64,000 nt of DNA from an uncultured Pseudomonadales bacterium (GTDB lineage Bacteria; Patescibacteriota; Microgenomatia; UBA1400; Chazhemtobacteraceae), in assembly GCA_964618725.1 (NCBI GenBank), contig CAZUBK010000001.1, positions 2,079 to 66,078 of the forward strand. Reading direction: 5' to 3'. The first letter of the stretch is position 1, and every line of letters begins with the position of its first letter. This document shows positions 45,456 through 55,068 of this stretch, one piece after another. A program made the translations under genes and the position numbers. The notes below the pieces were generated by a model, which saw only the letters and a program-made list of their open reading frames with translations, searched no databases and was not told the origin of the DNA.

Positions 45456-45502
45456 TTGACACTAAGAAAGCCTGGGTATACAATGTGTCTTACGCACATT
45501 GA
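45456..45502 (+). promoter_or_regulatory. Sigma70-type promoter (TTGACA-17 nt-TACAAT) for the pncB-nadE operon. A perfect 8-7-8 inverted repeat, ACAATGTG-TCTTACG-CACATTG, overlaps the -10/TSS and is a candidate NAD-regulator operator.
   Basis: TTGACA at 45456-45461 and TACAAT at 45479-45484. The palindrome spans 45480-45502. An RBS AAAGGAGAAGGGA precedes the pncB ATG. Confidence 0.45.
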
Positions 45503-45530
45503 CAAGACTTCAATATAAAAGGAGAAGGGA

Positions 45531-46751
45531 ATGAAAAAAGACGAAGGAATAATTCCTTCCTTGCTGTGGGTAGACAAGTATAAATTTACCATGGGTCAGT
45601 TTGCCTGGTTTTACCAGCCTGGTGCGGTTGTAAGCTATGGCTTTACCAACCGAAGTCTTAATATCCCGCTTGGGAGATTGATTGATGAGGGACGGTTCCG
45701 AGAAGAACTTGATCATGTGAGAAGCTTAACTTTTCGGATGCGAGAGTTGGCATATCTTAAGCGCCAGGGGACATACCTACCAGGATACATAAATTATCTG
45801 AGTACATTTAAGTTGCCGCCTTACGATCTTAAGTACGAGGGGGAGCAGTTCTCTCTTAAGGTAACTGGGACGTGGCCTGAAACAATTTTCTGGGAGACGC
45901 TGATCTTGACGATTCAGATGAGTCTGTACTGTGAGTCTGTTCTCAAACGAGACGGACTTGATCTGAGGGCTGTCTGGAGGGAAGGTGAGCGGCGACTTCT
46001 TAACAAAACGTCGCTATTATCAAGCTATACATCCGTTGTTCGGTTGATTGACTTTATCTGTCGACGTCCTTTTAGTGTACCCTGGCACAAGAATGTACTG
46101 GAGATCCTGATGCAGGAGATCCCCAATATCTTGGTTGGGACGTCAAATGTTTACTTAGCTTGGAAGAATGATATTCCGGCACTGGGAACGATGGCTCACG
46201 AAGTGTTCATGATCTACGCGGCTTTGTTTGGAAGAGACAGTGATGTTTTTTTGTGTGAGTCGGTGTATCTGGCACTGCGTGATTGGGAAAATCTGTATCC
46301 CAATGAGAAATTGATTGCTTTGACTGATACCTTTGGAACCTACTCATTTCTTGAGGGCATGCCAAGAGAAATGGTGGAACGTCTTGATGGGTATCGCCAC
46401 GACTCGATGCAGACACCTGAGGACTACGGATACTTGGTCGCCAACTTCTTAAGAAGCCACGGGATCGATCCAAAAACTAAATCAATTGTTTTCAGTGATG
46501 GATTAGATGTTCCCTCAGCAATTAAACTGTCAGAGACCTTTTCCAAAATCTATGCCGTTGTTTATAGTGGCATTGGAGGCAACCTCGGTAATGACATGGG
46601 GCTACCTAAGCCAAGCACTGTCGTAAAGCCGATTTCGGCTAACGGTCGGCCAGCGATTAAGCTCTCTGATGTTTCAGGTAAACATATGGGGGATACCACT
46701 GAGCAACTTCGCTACGAACGCGCCTTTCTTGCCCACAAAAAAACATATTGA
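45531..46751 (+). CDS. pncB: Nicotinate phosphoribosyltransferase
   Basis: The N-terminal LLWVDKYKFTMGQ and overall NAPRTase-family pattern. It sits in an operon with NAD synthetase. Confidence 0.7.
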   Translation: MKKDEGIIPSLLWVDKYKFTMGQFAWFYQPGAVVSYGFTNRSLNIPLGRLIDEGRFREELDHVRSLTFRMRELAYLKRQGTYLPGYINYLSTFKLPPYDLKYEGEQFSLKVTGTWPETIFWETLILTIQMSLYCESVLKRDGLDLRAVWREGERRLLNKTSLLSSYTSVVRLIDFICRRPFSVPWHKNVLEILMQEIPNILVGTSNVYLAWKNDIPALGTMAHEVFMIYAALFGRDSDVFLCESVYLALRDWENLYPNEKLIALTDTFGTYSFLEGMPREMVERLDGYRHDSMQTPEDYGYLVANFLRSHGIDPKTKSIVFSDGLDVPSAIKLSETFSKIYAVVYSGIGGNLGNDMGLPKPSTVVKPISANGRPAIKLSDVSGKHMGDTTEQLRYERAFLAHKKTY

Positions 46752-46758
46752 GGTCTTT

Positions 46759-48825
46759 ATGCCGGTTACTTCCAATTTGGGAGTAACCGGCTTTTATGAA
46801 GTTTTAGTTAATAATTTGGAGAAACTAGAGAAAATGAAGGACGATTTTTTAGACATTCGAAATCATGGATTTTTACGGGTAGCAGTGGTCAGTCCAAGAG
46901 TTTATGTGGCCGATCCGAAGAAAAACGTGGTAGAACATTTAGGCTGGGTAACTAGAGAGGCTTTACGGGGAGCTCAGTTGATTGTCTTTCCCGAATTGAG
47001 TCTATCTGGATATACCTGTCAAGATCTTTTTCTATCGACAGCGCTACAAGAGACGTGTCTAACGGCCCTTCAGGCGCTGCTTGAGGGAACTGCTAAGACA
47101 AACTCGTTAATTGTAGTGGGAATGCCACTAAAAGTGGGGGACAAACTATTTAATGTAGCGGTGGTGATATTGTTAGGAAGGATATTGGCGGTGGTGCCAA
47201 AGACATATTTACCGGATTATCGAGAGTTTAGAGAAACGAGATGGTTTGCTACAAGCAGACACACAACTGAAAAAGAAATTGAAGTCTTAGGTCAGCGGGT
47301 GGCCTTTGGAAGCGTTTTGATTGTATCAGAGAGGTATCCAGAGTTAGTTATGGCTGTCGATATCTGTGAGGATCTGTGGATGCCGATCCCGCCAAGTACC
47401 TTTGCCTCGCTGAAAGGAGCGACCGTTTTAGTTAACTTATCCTCTTCGAACATGACGCTGACCAAGGACGAGTACCGAAAAGAGTTGGTGGTTTCATCTT
47501 CGGCTAAGAATGTGGCGGTGCAGCTATATGTATCGAGTGGGTTTGGTGAATCGACGACAGATTGTGCTTGGGATGGACAGGGGCTTATTGCCGATCGAGG
47601 AATCTTGCTGGCGGAAACTGAAAGATATCAAATGGAGGGATCGTGTGCTCTGAGTGACGTGGATTTGACGACACTGGTGGCAGATAGATTGAGAATGAGT
47701 TCATTTAGAGATAATGGAGAGGTGGTAACAGGGGAATTTGAAAAAGTAAGATTCGGCGAAAAGTTAGGTGGTGGCGAGAAAGAATATCAGGAGCTAAAAA
47801 GAGATTACTCGCCGTGGCCGTTTGTGCCGCAAGACAAGGGACAGAGAGACAGACGATGTGAGGAGGTATTTAAGATCCAGGCAACGTCTTTGAGTCGGCG
47901 ATTATTGACATTACCTGAGGCAAAGAGAAGATTAGTAGTGGGGGTGTCCGGAGGCCTTGATTCAACTCAGGCCTTGTTGGTGGCGGCCAAAACGATGGAT
48001 CTGTTGAAGTTACCAAGGAAAAATATTGTCGGAGTAACTATGCCCGGTTTTGGGACGACAAACCGAACTTATGCCAATGCGGTTGAGCTGATTAAGTCGA
48101 TTGGAGCAACGTTTAAAGAGATTCCAATCAAAGATGTGGCAACACTCTTGTTTACCAAAGTGGGACAAGACAGTAAAGTTCATGATCTGACATTTGAGAA
48201 TACGCAGGCGTGGAGCAGAAAGTATGTTGAGTTGGTGGTGGCGAGTAAAGAAGGTGGATTGGTCTTGGGAACAGGGGATCTATCAGAGCTCTGGCTTGGT
48301 TGGTGCACGATGTATGGAGATCATGCGAGCCACTATGGTATTAATAGTGGGGTGCCAAAGACACTTATTTCCCACTTAGTTAGATGGGTGGCAGAAGTGG
48401 AGTTTGCTAGCGAAAAGAAGGTGAGGGAAGTGCTGCTAGATATTCTCGACACACCGGTGTCTCCGGAGCTGTTACCGGCAAGGTCAGGCAAAATTACACA
48501 AAAAACGGAGGAAATAGTCGGTCCGTATGAGCTACATGACTTCTTTGGTTATTACTTTGTCAGATTCGGGATGAAACCGTCTAAGATTGCTAGAATTGCC
48601 CTGGCAGCCTTTGAGGGGAAATATGGAATTGGAGAGATAAAGAAGTGGTTACGAATTTTCTTGACTCGATTTTTCGCTAATCAATTTAAGCGATCAGTTT
48701 TGCCGGATGGACCAAAAGTAGGCTCAGTTAGCCCCTCGCCGAGGGATGAGTGGCGGATGCCGTCGGACATTGCTGTGACGAATGTCTGGATGAAAGATTG
48801 GGAAAAAATACCCAAAAAGCTCTAG
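46759..48825 (+). CDS. nadE: Glutamine-dependent NAD+ synthetase (CN-hydrolase domain plus NadE PP-loop domain)
   Basis: Nitrilase-like N-terminal domain (LIVFPELSLSGY, catalytic Cys region VDICEDLW). C-terminal PP-loop VVGVSGGLDSTQALLVAA. The start was moved to the ATG at 46759 (table ORF 46669) to avoid overlap with pncB. Confidence 0.8.
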   Translation: MPVTSNLGVTGFYEVLVNNLEKLEKMKDDFLDIRNHGFLRVAVVSPRVYVADPKKNVVEHLGWVTREALRGAQLIVFPELSLSGYTCQDLFLSTALQETCLTALQALLEGTAKTNSLIVVGMPLKVGDKLFNVAVVILLGRILAVVPKTYLPDYREFRETRWFATSRHTTEKEIEVLGQRVAFGSVLIVSERYPELVMAVDICEDLWMPIPPSTFASLKGATVLVNLSSSNMTLTKDEYRKELVVSSSAKNVAVQLYVSSGFGESTTDCAWDGQGLIADRGILLAETERYQMEGSCALSDVDLTTLVADRLRMSSFRDNGEVVTGEFEKVRFGEKLGGGEKEYQELKRDYSPWPFVPQDKGQRDRRCEEVFKIQATSLSRRLLTLPEAKRRLVVGVSGGLDSTQALLVAAKTMDLLKLPRKNIVGVTMPGFGTTNRTYANAVELIKSIGATFKEIPIKDVATLLFTKVGQDSKVHDLTFENTQAWSRKYVELVVASKEGGLVLGTGDLSELWLGWCTMYGDHASHYGINSGVPKTLISHLVRWVAEVEFASEKKVREVLLDILDTPVSPELLPARSGKITQKTEEIVGPYELHDFFGYYFVRFGMKPSKIARIALAAFEGKYGIGEIKKWLRIFLTRFFANQFKRSVLPDGPKVGSVSPSPRDEWRMPSDIAVTNVWMKDWEKIPKKL

Positions 48826-48853
48826 TTGTTTTCGATACTGGTATATTGTTGTC

Positions 48854-49495
48854 ATGAATCCAGAGAGGCTGCGATTTGTATTTATTAACGGAAAGGGATC
48901 GGCGGGTAAGGATACTCAGGCGGATGTTTTGTGTGAAAAAACAAAGGGAGCGGTTCGGATTTCAACGGGGGACATATACCGGGGAGCGAGAACGCCAGAT
49001 GGCCCTTTTGGTCAGTTTCACTATTTATTAGAGCCGTATATAGATTCGGTTGATAAGGGGGGTTATTTCCCAGATGAGATAATGCTTGAGATAGTGGCTA
49101 AAGTAATTGAGAAGGAGATAGAGCAAGGACATATCAACTTTATTTTTACCGGATTTCCCAGAACGGTTGAGCAACTAATGGGGGTTGATCGAATGCTTAA
49201 AGAGATGGGGAGAGAATATGATTTAGAGTCGGCATTTATATATCTGGCGGTATTGGACCAACAGTCAAGAGGTCGAGCAAAAAAGAGACGTGATGAAGCC
49301 GAGAGGGAAAAGGCGGCGATACGCGCGGATGACATGCCAGATGTAGTGGAAAGACGACTCAATGTCTTTGATCAGAAAACGAGGCCGATGTTGAGAAAAT
49401 TGATTGCCGAAGAGAGGCTATGCATTGTCAGGGCGAATCGGGAGATTGATGAGGTGACAGACAGTCTTATGCTTATGCTGAAAATCAAACAGTAG
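48854..49495 (+). CDS. Adenylate-kinase-family nucleoside monophosphate kinase
   Basis: P-loop INGKGSAGKDTQA and the GFPRTVEQL motif fit the Adk family. The sequence is divergent and the substrate is uncertain. Confidence 0.45.
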   Translation: MNPERLRFVFINGKGSAGKDTQADVLCEKTKGAVRISTGDIYRGARTPDGPFGQFHYLLEPYIDSVDKGGYFPDEIMLEIVAKVIEKEIEQGHINFIFTGFPRTVEQLMGVDRMLKEMGREYDLESAFIYLAVLDQQSRGRAKKRRDEAEREKAAIRADDMPDVVERRLNVFDQKTRPMLRKLIAEERLCIVRANREIDEVTDSLMLMLKIKQ

Positions 49496-49517
49496 TGTAA
49501 ATAGATATACTGCTTGT

Positions 49518-50144
49518 ATGTGTTTTTCAGCTGGAGCTAGCTTTGCGGCGGGGGGTGGACTGATGGCATCTGGAGTGGCATCTTGGCGAATGGCCCCGAA
49601 AAAACTGAGGATGGTGGCAGTGATACCTCTTTTATTCGCAACTCAGCAAATTCTTGAGGGAGGACAGTGGTTGGTACTTAGAACGGGAGTCAGCCACCAG
49701 ATGTTGGGTCTTGGCTACGTTTTTTTTGCCTTTGTTTTTTGGCCAACATATATACCTCTGATTGTTTACAAGCTAGACAAAGAAAGAAGACGTACTTTGA
49801 GTTGGTTCTTGTGTTTGGGAATTGTCGTGTCGCTATATTTGTTGTTTCTTACAATGACAAGACCACTGTTGATATCGATATGTGGTGCTAGTCTTTTTTA
49901 CCGAATTGCAACACGTTATGCTGTACTTATTGGGGTCATGTATCTGAGCGCTGTATGTGGTTCCTTGTTGGCGAGTTCGAAGAGAGAAATTCGGATTTTT
50001 GGGGCGGCCGTCCTACTTTCGGCAATTATTTCAGGAAAACTGTATTTTATTAACTTTGTCTCGGTTTGGTGCTTTTTTGCGGCAGTGTTGAGTTCACTGA
50101 TTGTTTTTTACATTTGGAAAGAGAATAGACACAGGAAGAAATGA
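49518..50144 (+). CDS. Hypothetical polytopic membrane protein
   Basis: 208 aa with about 6 hydrophobic helices. Confidence 0.35.
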   Translation: MCFSAGASFAAGGGLMASGVASWRMAPKKLRMVAVIPLLFATQQILEGGQWLVLRTGVSHQMLGLGYVFFAFVFWPTYIPLIVYKLDKERRRTLSWFLCLGIVVSLYLLFLTMTRPLLISICGASLFYRIATRYAVLIGVMYLSAVCGSLLASSKREIRIFGAAVLLSAIISGKLYFINFVSVWCFFAAVLSSLIVFYIWKENRHRKK

Positions 50145-51214
50145 AGATCGCAAAGGAATTTGGTGTTGGAATCATATATTTGAGCACCATATCCTTTTTG
50201 ATGATGGATGTGTATGGAAACATAAATAGGGTGAAGGACTTGTTGGGAGTGGATTCGGCAGCATTTATGTTTTTGGGGTTAGTTGGCTTATTAGTTCTTA
50301 GGTTTAAAGGAAAGTCGAGATTGTCGATGTCGATGATAACGATCAATAATTTATTGGTTTTACCAATCGGACTACTAGCCGGTTCATTATTGGCGTTGGT
50401 TGATTTCTTTACTTCAACCAACTTTGTTTTTTCTCAGACGCTACTTAATCACCAGAGAATCTTGATAATCGGGATATTTGGTTTGATTTGCGTTTTGATT
50501 AACCTACCGAGACGGTGGATAAAAAAGAACTTCTTTTCGATTGAGTTGCTATCTGTCCCGACTGTCTGGTTCATCTTTTTTGTTATTTCCTTGTGGCCAT
50601 TCGATGTGTTTCAACGTCTAGTTTACGAAGATGCTTTAGTAGAAAACTTGCAGGAACTGATATTGGCCTTTTGTATGGTCACAACATTCAAAATAGCCTA
50701 CAAACTATACCGAACGAAAGGGTGGGGAAAACTAGCAATACTTTTTACCTTAATGGGAGTCGTGATTATCGGAGTGGCTTTGGAGGAGATCTCGTGGGGA
50801 CAGAGGATACTGCAGGTCACATCACCTTCTTTCTTTGTCGAAAAGAACTTGCAACAAGAAACTAATCTTCACAATCTGATTGAGTTTTCAATTACTCAGA
50901 TTGGATATGTGGTGTTTGGCTTGGTGGCGGGCCTGGCGTGGTTACTCGTTCCAAACAAGGCGGCGAAAAAGCCGAAGATAAAGGAGTTGAAAAAGAACTG
51001 GTTGGGGTATTTGATTCCAAGCAGGTATACTTGCGTACATTTTTTGGTAGCAGCAGTATACTTTAGTTATACGGCCATTAATCTGAGGCACGGGATCACT
51101 GTCTGGGGAGAAGTGATAGAGCTGATTTTGTATCTTGGAATGGCTATGTACTTAGTGGAAAGACAGTGGCTAGTCGTACCCTCAGCGAAAATGTTCAAAA
51201 GGCGTAAATCGTGA
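50141..51214 (+). CDS. Hypothetical polytopic membrane protein
   Basis: 357 aa with multiple TM helices. It overlaps the upstream gene by 4 nt, so the two are probably an operon. Confidence 0.35.
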   Translation: MKIAKEFGVGIIYLSTISFLMMDVYGNINRVKDLLGVDSAAFMFLGLVGLLVLRFKGKSRLSMSMITINNLLVLPIGLLAGSLLALVDFFTSTNFVFSQTLLNHQRILIIGIFGLICVLINLPRRWIKKNFFSIELLSVPTVWFIFFVISLWPFDVFQRLVYEDALVENLQELILAFCMVTTFKIAYKLYRTKGWGKLAILFTLMGVVIIGVALEEISWGQRILQVTSPSFFVEKNLQQETNLHNLIEFSITQIGYVVFGLVAGLAWLLVPNKAAKKPKIKELKKNWLGYLIPSRYTCVHFLVAAVYFSYTAINLRHGITVWGEVIELILYLGMAMYLVERQWLVVPSAKMFKRRKS

Positions 51215-51235
51215 AGTTGAGACCTTTTAAGAGGG

Positions 51236-52114
51236 TTGTGGGGTAAAATTGGAAGAGTGATAGAGCGATCAATACCTAGGGAACACGAAAATAAACTAGA
51301 AAAGGACTTCATTTCCTCATATCTGGCTGGGGAGTCGGTAGAGTCTTTGGTGATGCGTTTTCCGTATTCTGAGGCACATGGATATCGACTGCTAGATAAA
51401 TGGGGAGTAATTAAGTCGGCGGGGAGATCACAGAGTCCGTTTGGTAAGGCGGTATATTTTCTGACCAAGCTAGTGGAGACCAAACTTCCTCTTGAACAAC
51501 TCTATTATCGTCATATGCCTCCATCAATCAAGGAGGCGATCTCGCGGTCTACACTACATCGGATTGCCAGACATGCACGCCAGGGCTTAACTAGAACTAA
51601 GGGAACAGCTCTTATTGCAACATTAGAAAATGATCCAACTCAGATACTGGTTGGACAAGATATATCGATTCCCAATCCAAGAGTGGGGAAGTTCTTTGGG
51701 GCATTGTCGTACCCAATGACCTACTCGGTAGCCGGTGAGGCACCACAGACGGCGATAACTCGAGTGCTACAACAAGAAGTGTTGTCAAGCAGCGTTTTGA
51801 ATCGGTCATTTAATCTTGGTTTGGTTAACTTTGATGTCCAGCCGATGATGAATATCATCATCGCTGATGTTGATGTTTCGGTCTATCACATTGCCATTCC
51901 AACAAAATTGGTAGATTCTCTAGCGAGTTCTAAACTAGCACATCTGCGCTTTGCGCCAGTGACAGAAGTGGCAACACTGCCGGCAGTTGACTCTAAGGTG
52001 AGGGCGGGGGTGAGAGAAATAGCTTTGGGATACTTGGACTATCTTTATCAGGATCAGGAATACGATAGCTTGATTTGTCAGTTGAACACGGAGTTGGCGC
52101 TTCTTGGTGCCTGA
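51236..52114 (+). CDS. Hypothetical protein
   Basis: 292 aa with an uncertain TTG or GTG start. No recognisable motifs. Confidence 0.3.
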   Translation: MWGKIGRVIERSIPREHENKLEKDFISSYLAGESVESLVMRFPYSEAHGYRLLDKWGVIKSAGRSQSPFGKAVYFLTKLVETKLPLEQLYYRHMPPSIKEAISRSTLHRIARHARQGLTRTKGTALIATLENDPTQILVGQDISIPNPRVGKFFGALSYPMTYSVAGEAPQTAITRVLQQEVLSSSVLNRSFNLGLVNFDVQPMMNIIIADVDVSVYHIAIPTKLVDSLASSKLAHLRFAPVTEVATLPAVDSKVRAGVREIALGYLDYLYQDQEYDSLICQLNTELALLGA

Positions 52115-52160
52115 GGCCTACCAGTGGTAAAATATACTTGTCGAAGTTATTCGACGGTTT

Positions 52161-52232
52161 TGCCGGGTGGTGTAATGGCAACACGCTTCCCTTTGGAGGA
52201 AGATAGTCTAGGTTCGAGCCCTAGCCCGGCAA
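52161..52232 (+). tRNA. tRNA-Gln (anticodon UUG)
   Basis: Hand-folded cloverleaf. The acceptor stem TGCCGGG/CCCGGCA has a U1:A72 pair, which is typical of bacterial tRNA-Gln. D-stem GTGT/ACAC. Anticodon stem CTTCC/GGAAG with loop CTTTGGA. T-arm CTAGG-TTCGAGC-CCTAG. CCA is not encoded. Confidence 0.8.
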
Positions 52233-52318
52233 CAACACTTTTGGAGTTATTCATAGCCATAAAAACCTTGGGAGTGGAGTGGTTTGCTCCAACTCCCAGG
52301 GCATAAACTAGAACCGTC

Positions 52319-52678
52319 CTATCTGAAAGACAATAGGTAAAAGACATTCCCCGATGACATCATCACCCCGACCGTGCCTGGGCTATTGATGGTAATGTGG
52401 TGTAATTCGCCATCAGCAGGGATGGTGAATTCGCACCAGAGCGCTCCACAGGTTTCTGTTCTCTCATCTAGAGTTACTTCAAATGCGTATGGTCCCGCCG
52501 CCGAGGTTCTAACATAGATTGGCTGCGATCTAGAATAGACATATATTTCACCATACTCACTTAGCACAGATGTGTGTTCACGATGAGCTGGAACACTGAC
52601 AATCCAGACAATTAATTCGATGATCAACCCCACAAAAATCAACGTTGTGTAGATCCAGGCAAACTTTTTTTGAGGCAC
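52319..52678 (-). CDS. Hypothetical small membrane protein
   Basis: 119 aa with an N-terminal TM helix (WIYTTLIFVGLIIELIVWIV). It is followed by a bidirectional terminator hairpin at about 52278-52310. Confidence 0.3.
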   Translation of the reverse strand: MPQKKFAWIYTTLIFVGLIIELIVWIVSVPAHREHTSVLSEYGEIYVYSRSQPIYVRTSAAGPYAFEVTLDERTETCGALWCEFTIPADGELHHITINSPGTVGVMMSSGNVFYLLSFR

Positions 52679-52759
52679 CTTAACACCTTTCTATGTATGA
52701 AGGATCATATTAAAGATCTGCTGGAAATAATCTTACACCCCGTATTCTAGTTTCGATCG

Positions 52760-52918
52760 TCACACCTGAGCATTTTTAACTAATTTGTAATATACCTCAT
52801 TGGCGGTCATGAATCCATGTATTTTTCTCGGTCTGTTGTTGATCTCTTTGATGACGGCTTGGAGTTCTTGTTCGCTAACGGTAGAGAAGTCTGTTCCTTT
52901 AGGAAAGTAGTATCTAAT
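52760..52918 (-). pseudogene. IS30-family transposase C-terminal remnant (about 52 codons)
   Basis: Minus-strand translation IRYYFPKGTDFSTVSEQELQAVIKEINNRPRKIHGFMTANEVYYKLVKNAQV* matches the conserved IS30 transposase C-terminus (YFPKGTDLS ... LNNRPRK.LG%KTP.EV%). There is no upstream remainder, so it is truncated. Confidence 0.55.
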
Positions 52919-52932
52919 TCAGAGAATTGGAA

Positions 52933-55029
52933 TTATTTAACCGGTATAATTTCCACTGGGGCAGCATACAGCGTCTCCACTTTGGAATATTGGGTCAGGG
53001 TAAGTCTTTTTGTCTCTTCGAGATAGAAGAGTCGACCGACACAGCGATTGTTGCCCGTTAGTGTTTCATCAAAGAGAAGATAGTAGTCGTTTGGTTCGAG
53101 TTTGGCGTTGGTATTGGGTAGGGCATTGCACGAAGCGAGAAACCAGAGGCCTTTTTGGAGATTGAAGGCTTGATCGAAGACCACAAGTGGGGTTATTTTT
53201 TTGGGATTAATACTGATCTGATTCTGAGTTAGCTTTTCCAGTAGATCTTGGTGGTGGAAGGCGGTGTAATAGGGAGTAAGGAGGTCATAAGAGACATCTA
53301 GTTGGCGGAATAGAGCAACCCAGGGATTGGTGTCTTTTTTTACCCAAATCTTGTTATTGAGAATCAAGAGATCGGCGGGATTGCGAGAGAAGAAGTCAAA
53401 AAGTTGGTCAAGCTGTTGATTCTTGCTGGCGATGACATCTTTAATGCCCCGTCCGATTGTTTCTTGATGAAAGATAGCCGTGGCTCGATCTTCATACTCT
53501 TTGTGTTCTTGACCGAACTTACCGGTAAAGTAGGCGTAGGAGTCATAGAGATAGGGGGAAATAATGCCTTTGCTGGCAAGAGAGGGGATCAGTTCTACCC
53601 ACTTGGCATTGTCGACTGAGGAGAGAGAGGTTTCTTTAGAGAGCGATCTAACTCTTTGGATCAATTCGCTCTCTGAAGGATTCATAAATTCGCGGGACTG
53701 GTAGTGTTTTTTGGTTTCTAGATAAAGGCCCTTGGCACCAATACCGATGGTGATAACGGCAAGAATCACGAGAAAGATATGAACAAACGACCTCTTTGAG
53801 TACTTGTCGACAACAGCAAAGACGACAATTGGAAGACTGAGCCAAATGGGGATGGAGGTTCTCATGCTGAAGTCATTAAAAGTAGGGGTACGAATAAACC
53901 AAGTTACAGCGAGGATGAGAAAGTAGCTGGCAATATAAAGGGGCTGACGAAAAGGCTTGAAGACTAGCAGAAATGGGGTGAGAAAGACAAATGGGCCGTA
54001 TTTGATAAAGAAGGTATAGATGACGTTGATCGAGTAATAGGGGGTGGCGTTGTAGGGATCTAGAGTAAAGCGGTAGAAGAGATTATTTCGATCATTAAAG
54101 AGAAGTAGGTAGGGGATGAGGATCAGCCCAGTTAGGAGTCCACTCTTGATTAGAGTAACTCGAAGATGTTTCTTGAAGATAAAAATCAAAGATAACCAAA
54201 TTATTAGGGTGATTGAGACAAATAGACTGGTGAGCAAGACCATGGTGGAAAAGAGAGTAATCAGAAGGGCAGATGATTTTTTGTAGAGAAGTTGATAGAC
54301 GGTCCAAACGGTTATAGAGGCGGCTAGAAAGTGCTGGGGGGCAAAGAGAAGGGATTTGTAGACATTAATCAGCTGTAAGCCTTCGTCATTTTGGAGTTGT
54401 CCATGGGTGTTAAAGACAAAGGCAATAGCGTCTACGCCAAGTCCGCTGAGAACAAGTCCTATGGCCATGAAGCGATAGAGAGGTCGTTTGATAAAGTTGC
54501 CTATCAAAAAAGCGATTGACAATAAGGAAAAGGTATTGGTAAGGAGGATGTACCAGAAGGTGACTAAGGCGCCGGGGAGTTGACTGAGTCGGACGATGAG
54601 GGCAGGGAGAAGGTAGTAACCGAAGTAGTAGGAGAGTTTAGCTTTGGGGAAATATGGATTTTGAGGTGGGAAGCCATCCTTGGCGATTTGATTGACGATG
54701 TAAGTATGTTTGTAGTAGTCGCCGACGTCGGTCAGCTGAATATGTTCAAAGTTGTCAATCTTTTTGGTAATAATGAAGGGGGAGACAGAGAAACCGGTAA
54801 TGGCAATGACTGAGAAAATCATTATTACCAGGAGGAGATTGGTTTTATTCTTAAGAAAAGAAAGTAGCTCCTGTTGAGACTGAGACCGAAACCGCTTGAG
54901 CCACATGAAGCTTCCGAAAAGACCGAGTATGGTGCTGATAAGCCAGATGGGAGTACTATTACCGAACACAATAAGTCCCAGATACAAAGAGATGGAGACA
55001 AGCGAGAATGGCACTAATAATAGATCCAT
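52933..55029 (-). CDS. Large polytopic membrane protein, probably a GT-C-type (lipid-linked-sugar dependent) glycosyltransferase
   Basis: About 700 aa with at least 12 TM helices and a C-terminal soluble domain. It is divergently paired with a GT2 polyprenol-phosphate glycosyltransferase. The start was chosen at ATG 55029 to avoid overlap with that gene (the table ORF extends to 55086). Confidence 0.45.
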   Translation of the reverse strand: MDLLLVPFSLVSISLYLGLIVFGNSTPIWLISTILGLFGSFMWLKRFRSQSQQELLSFLKNKTNLLLVIMIFSVIAITGFSVSPFIITKKIDNFEHIQLTDVGDYYKHTYIVNQIAKDGFPPQNPYFPKAKLSYYFGYYLLPALIVRLSQLPGALVTFWYILLTNTFSLLSIAFLIGNFIKRPLYRFMAIGLVLSGLGVDAIAFVFNTHGQLQNDEGLQLINVYKSLLFAPQHFLAASITVWTVYQLLYKKSSALLITLFSTMVLLTSLFVSITLIIWLSLIFIFKKHLRVTLIKSGLLTGLILIPYLLLFNDRNNLFYRFTLDPYNATPYYSINVIYTFFIKYGPFVFLTPFLLVFKPFRQPLYIASYFLILAVTWFIRTPTFNDFSMRTSIPIWLSLPIVVFAVVDKYSKRSFVHIFLVILAVITIGIGAKGLYLETKKHYQSREFMNPSESELIQRVRSLSKETSLSSVDNAKWVELIPSLASKGIISPYLYDSYAYFTGKFGQEHKEYEDRATAIFHQETIGRGIKDVIASKNQQLDQLFDFFSRNPADLLILNNKIWVKKDTNPWVALFRQLDVSYDLLTPYYTAFHHQDLLEKLTQNQISINPKKITPLVVFDQAFNLQKGLWFLASCNALPNTNAKLEPNDYYLLFDETLTGNNRCVGRLFYLEETKRLTLTQYSKVETLYAAPVEIIPVK

Positions 55030-55068
55030 GGTAGGTTTTGAATATATTTGATTTTGAAGAGAATCACA

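Noticed and set aside
46669-46758. Upstream extension of nadE (table start 46669) overlapping the pncB 3' end
   Set aside because: The ATG at 46759 follows a GAGG RBS and begins the conserved CN-hydrolase domain. The extension has no homology-like content.
52147-52347. Table ORFs on both strands (52124..52306 plus strand, 52147..52347 minus strand) overlapping tRNA-Gln
   Set aside because: They lie over a well-folded tRNA and its terminator hairpin and have no RBS or recognisable motifs, so I treat them as spurious.
52817-53026. Plus-strand ORF (69 aa) in the 52.8-53.0 kb region
   Set aside because: The opposite strand encodes a recognisable IS30 transposase C-terminal fragment followed by the end of the GT-C gene, so the plus-strand ORF is most likely shadow noise.
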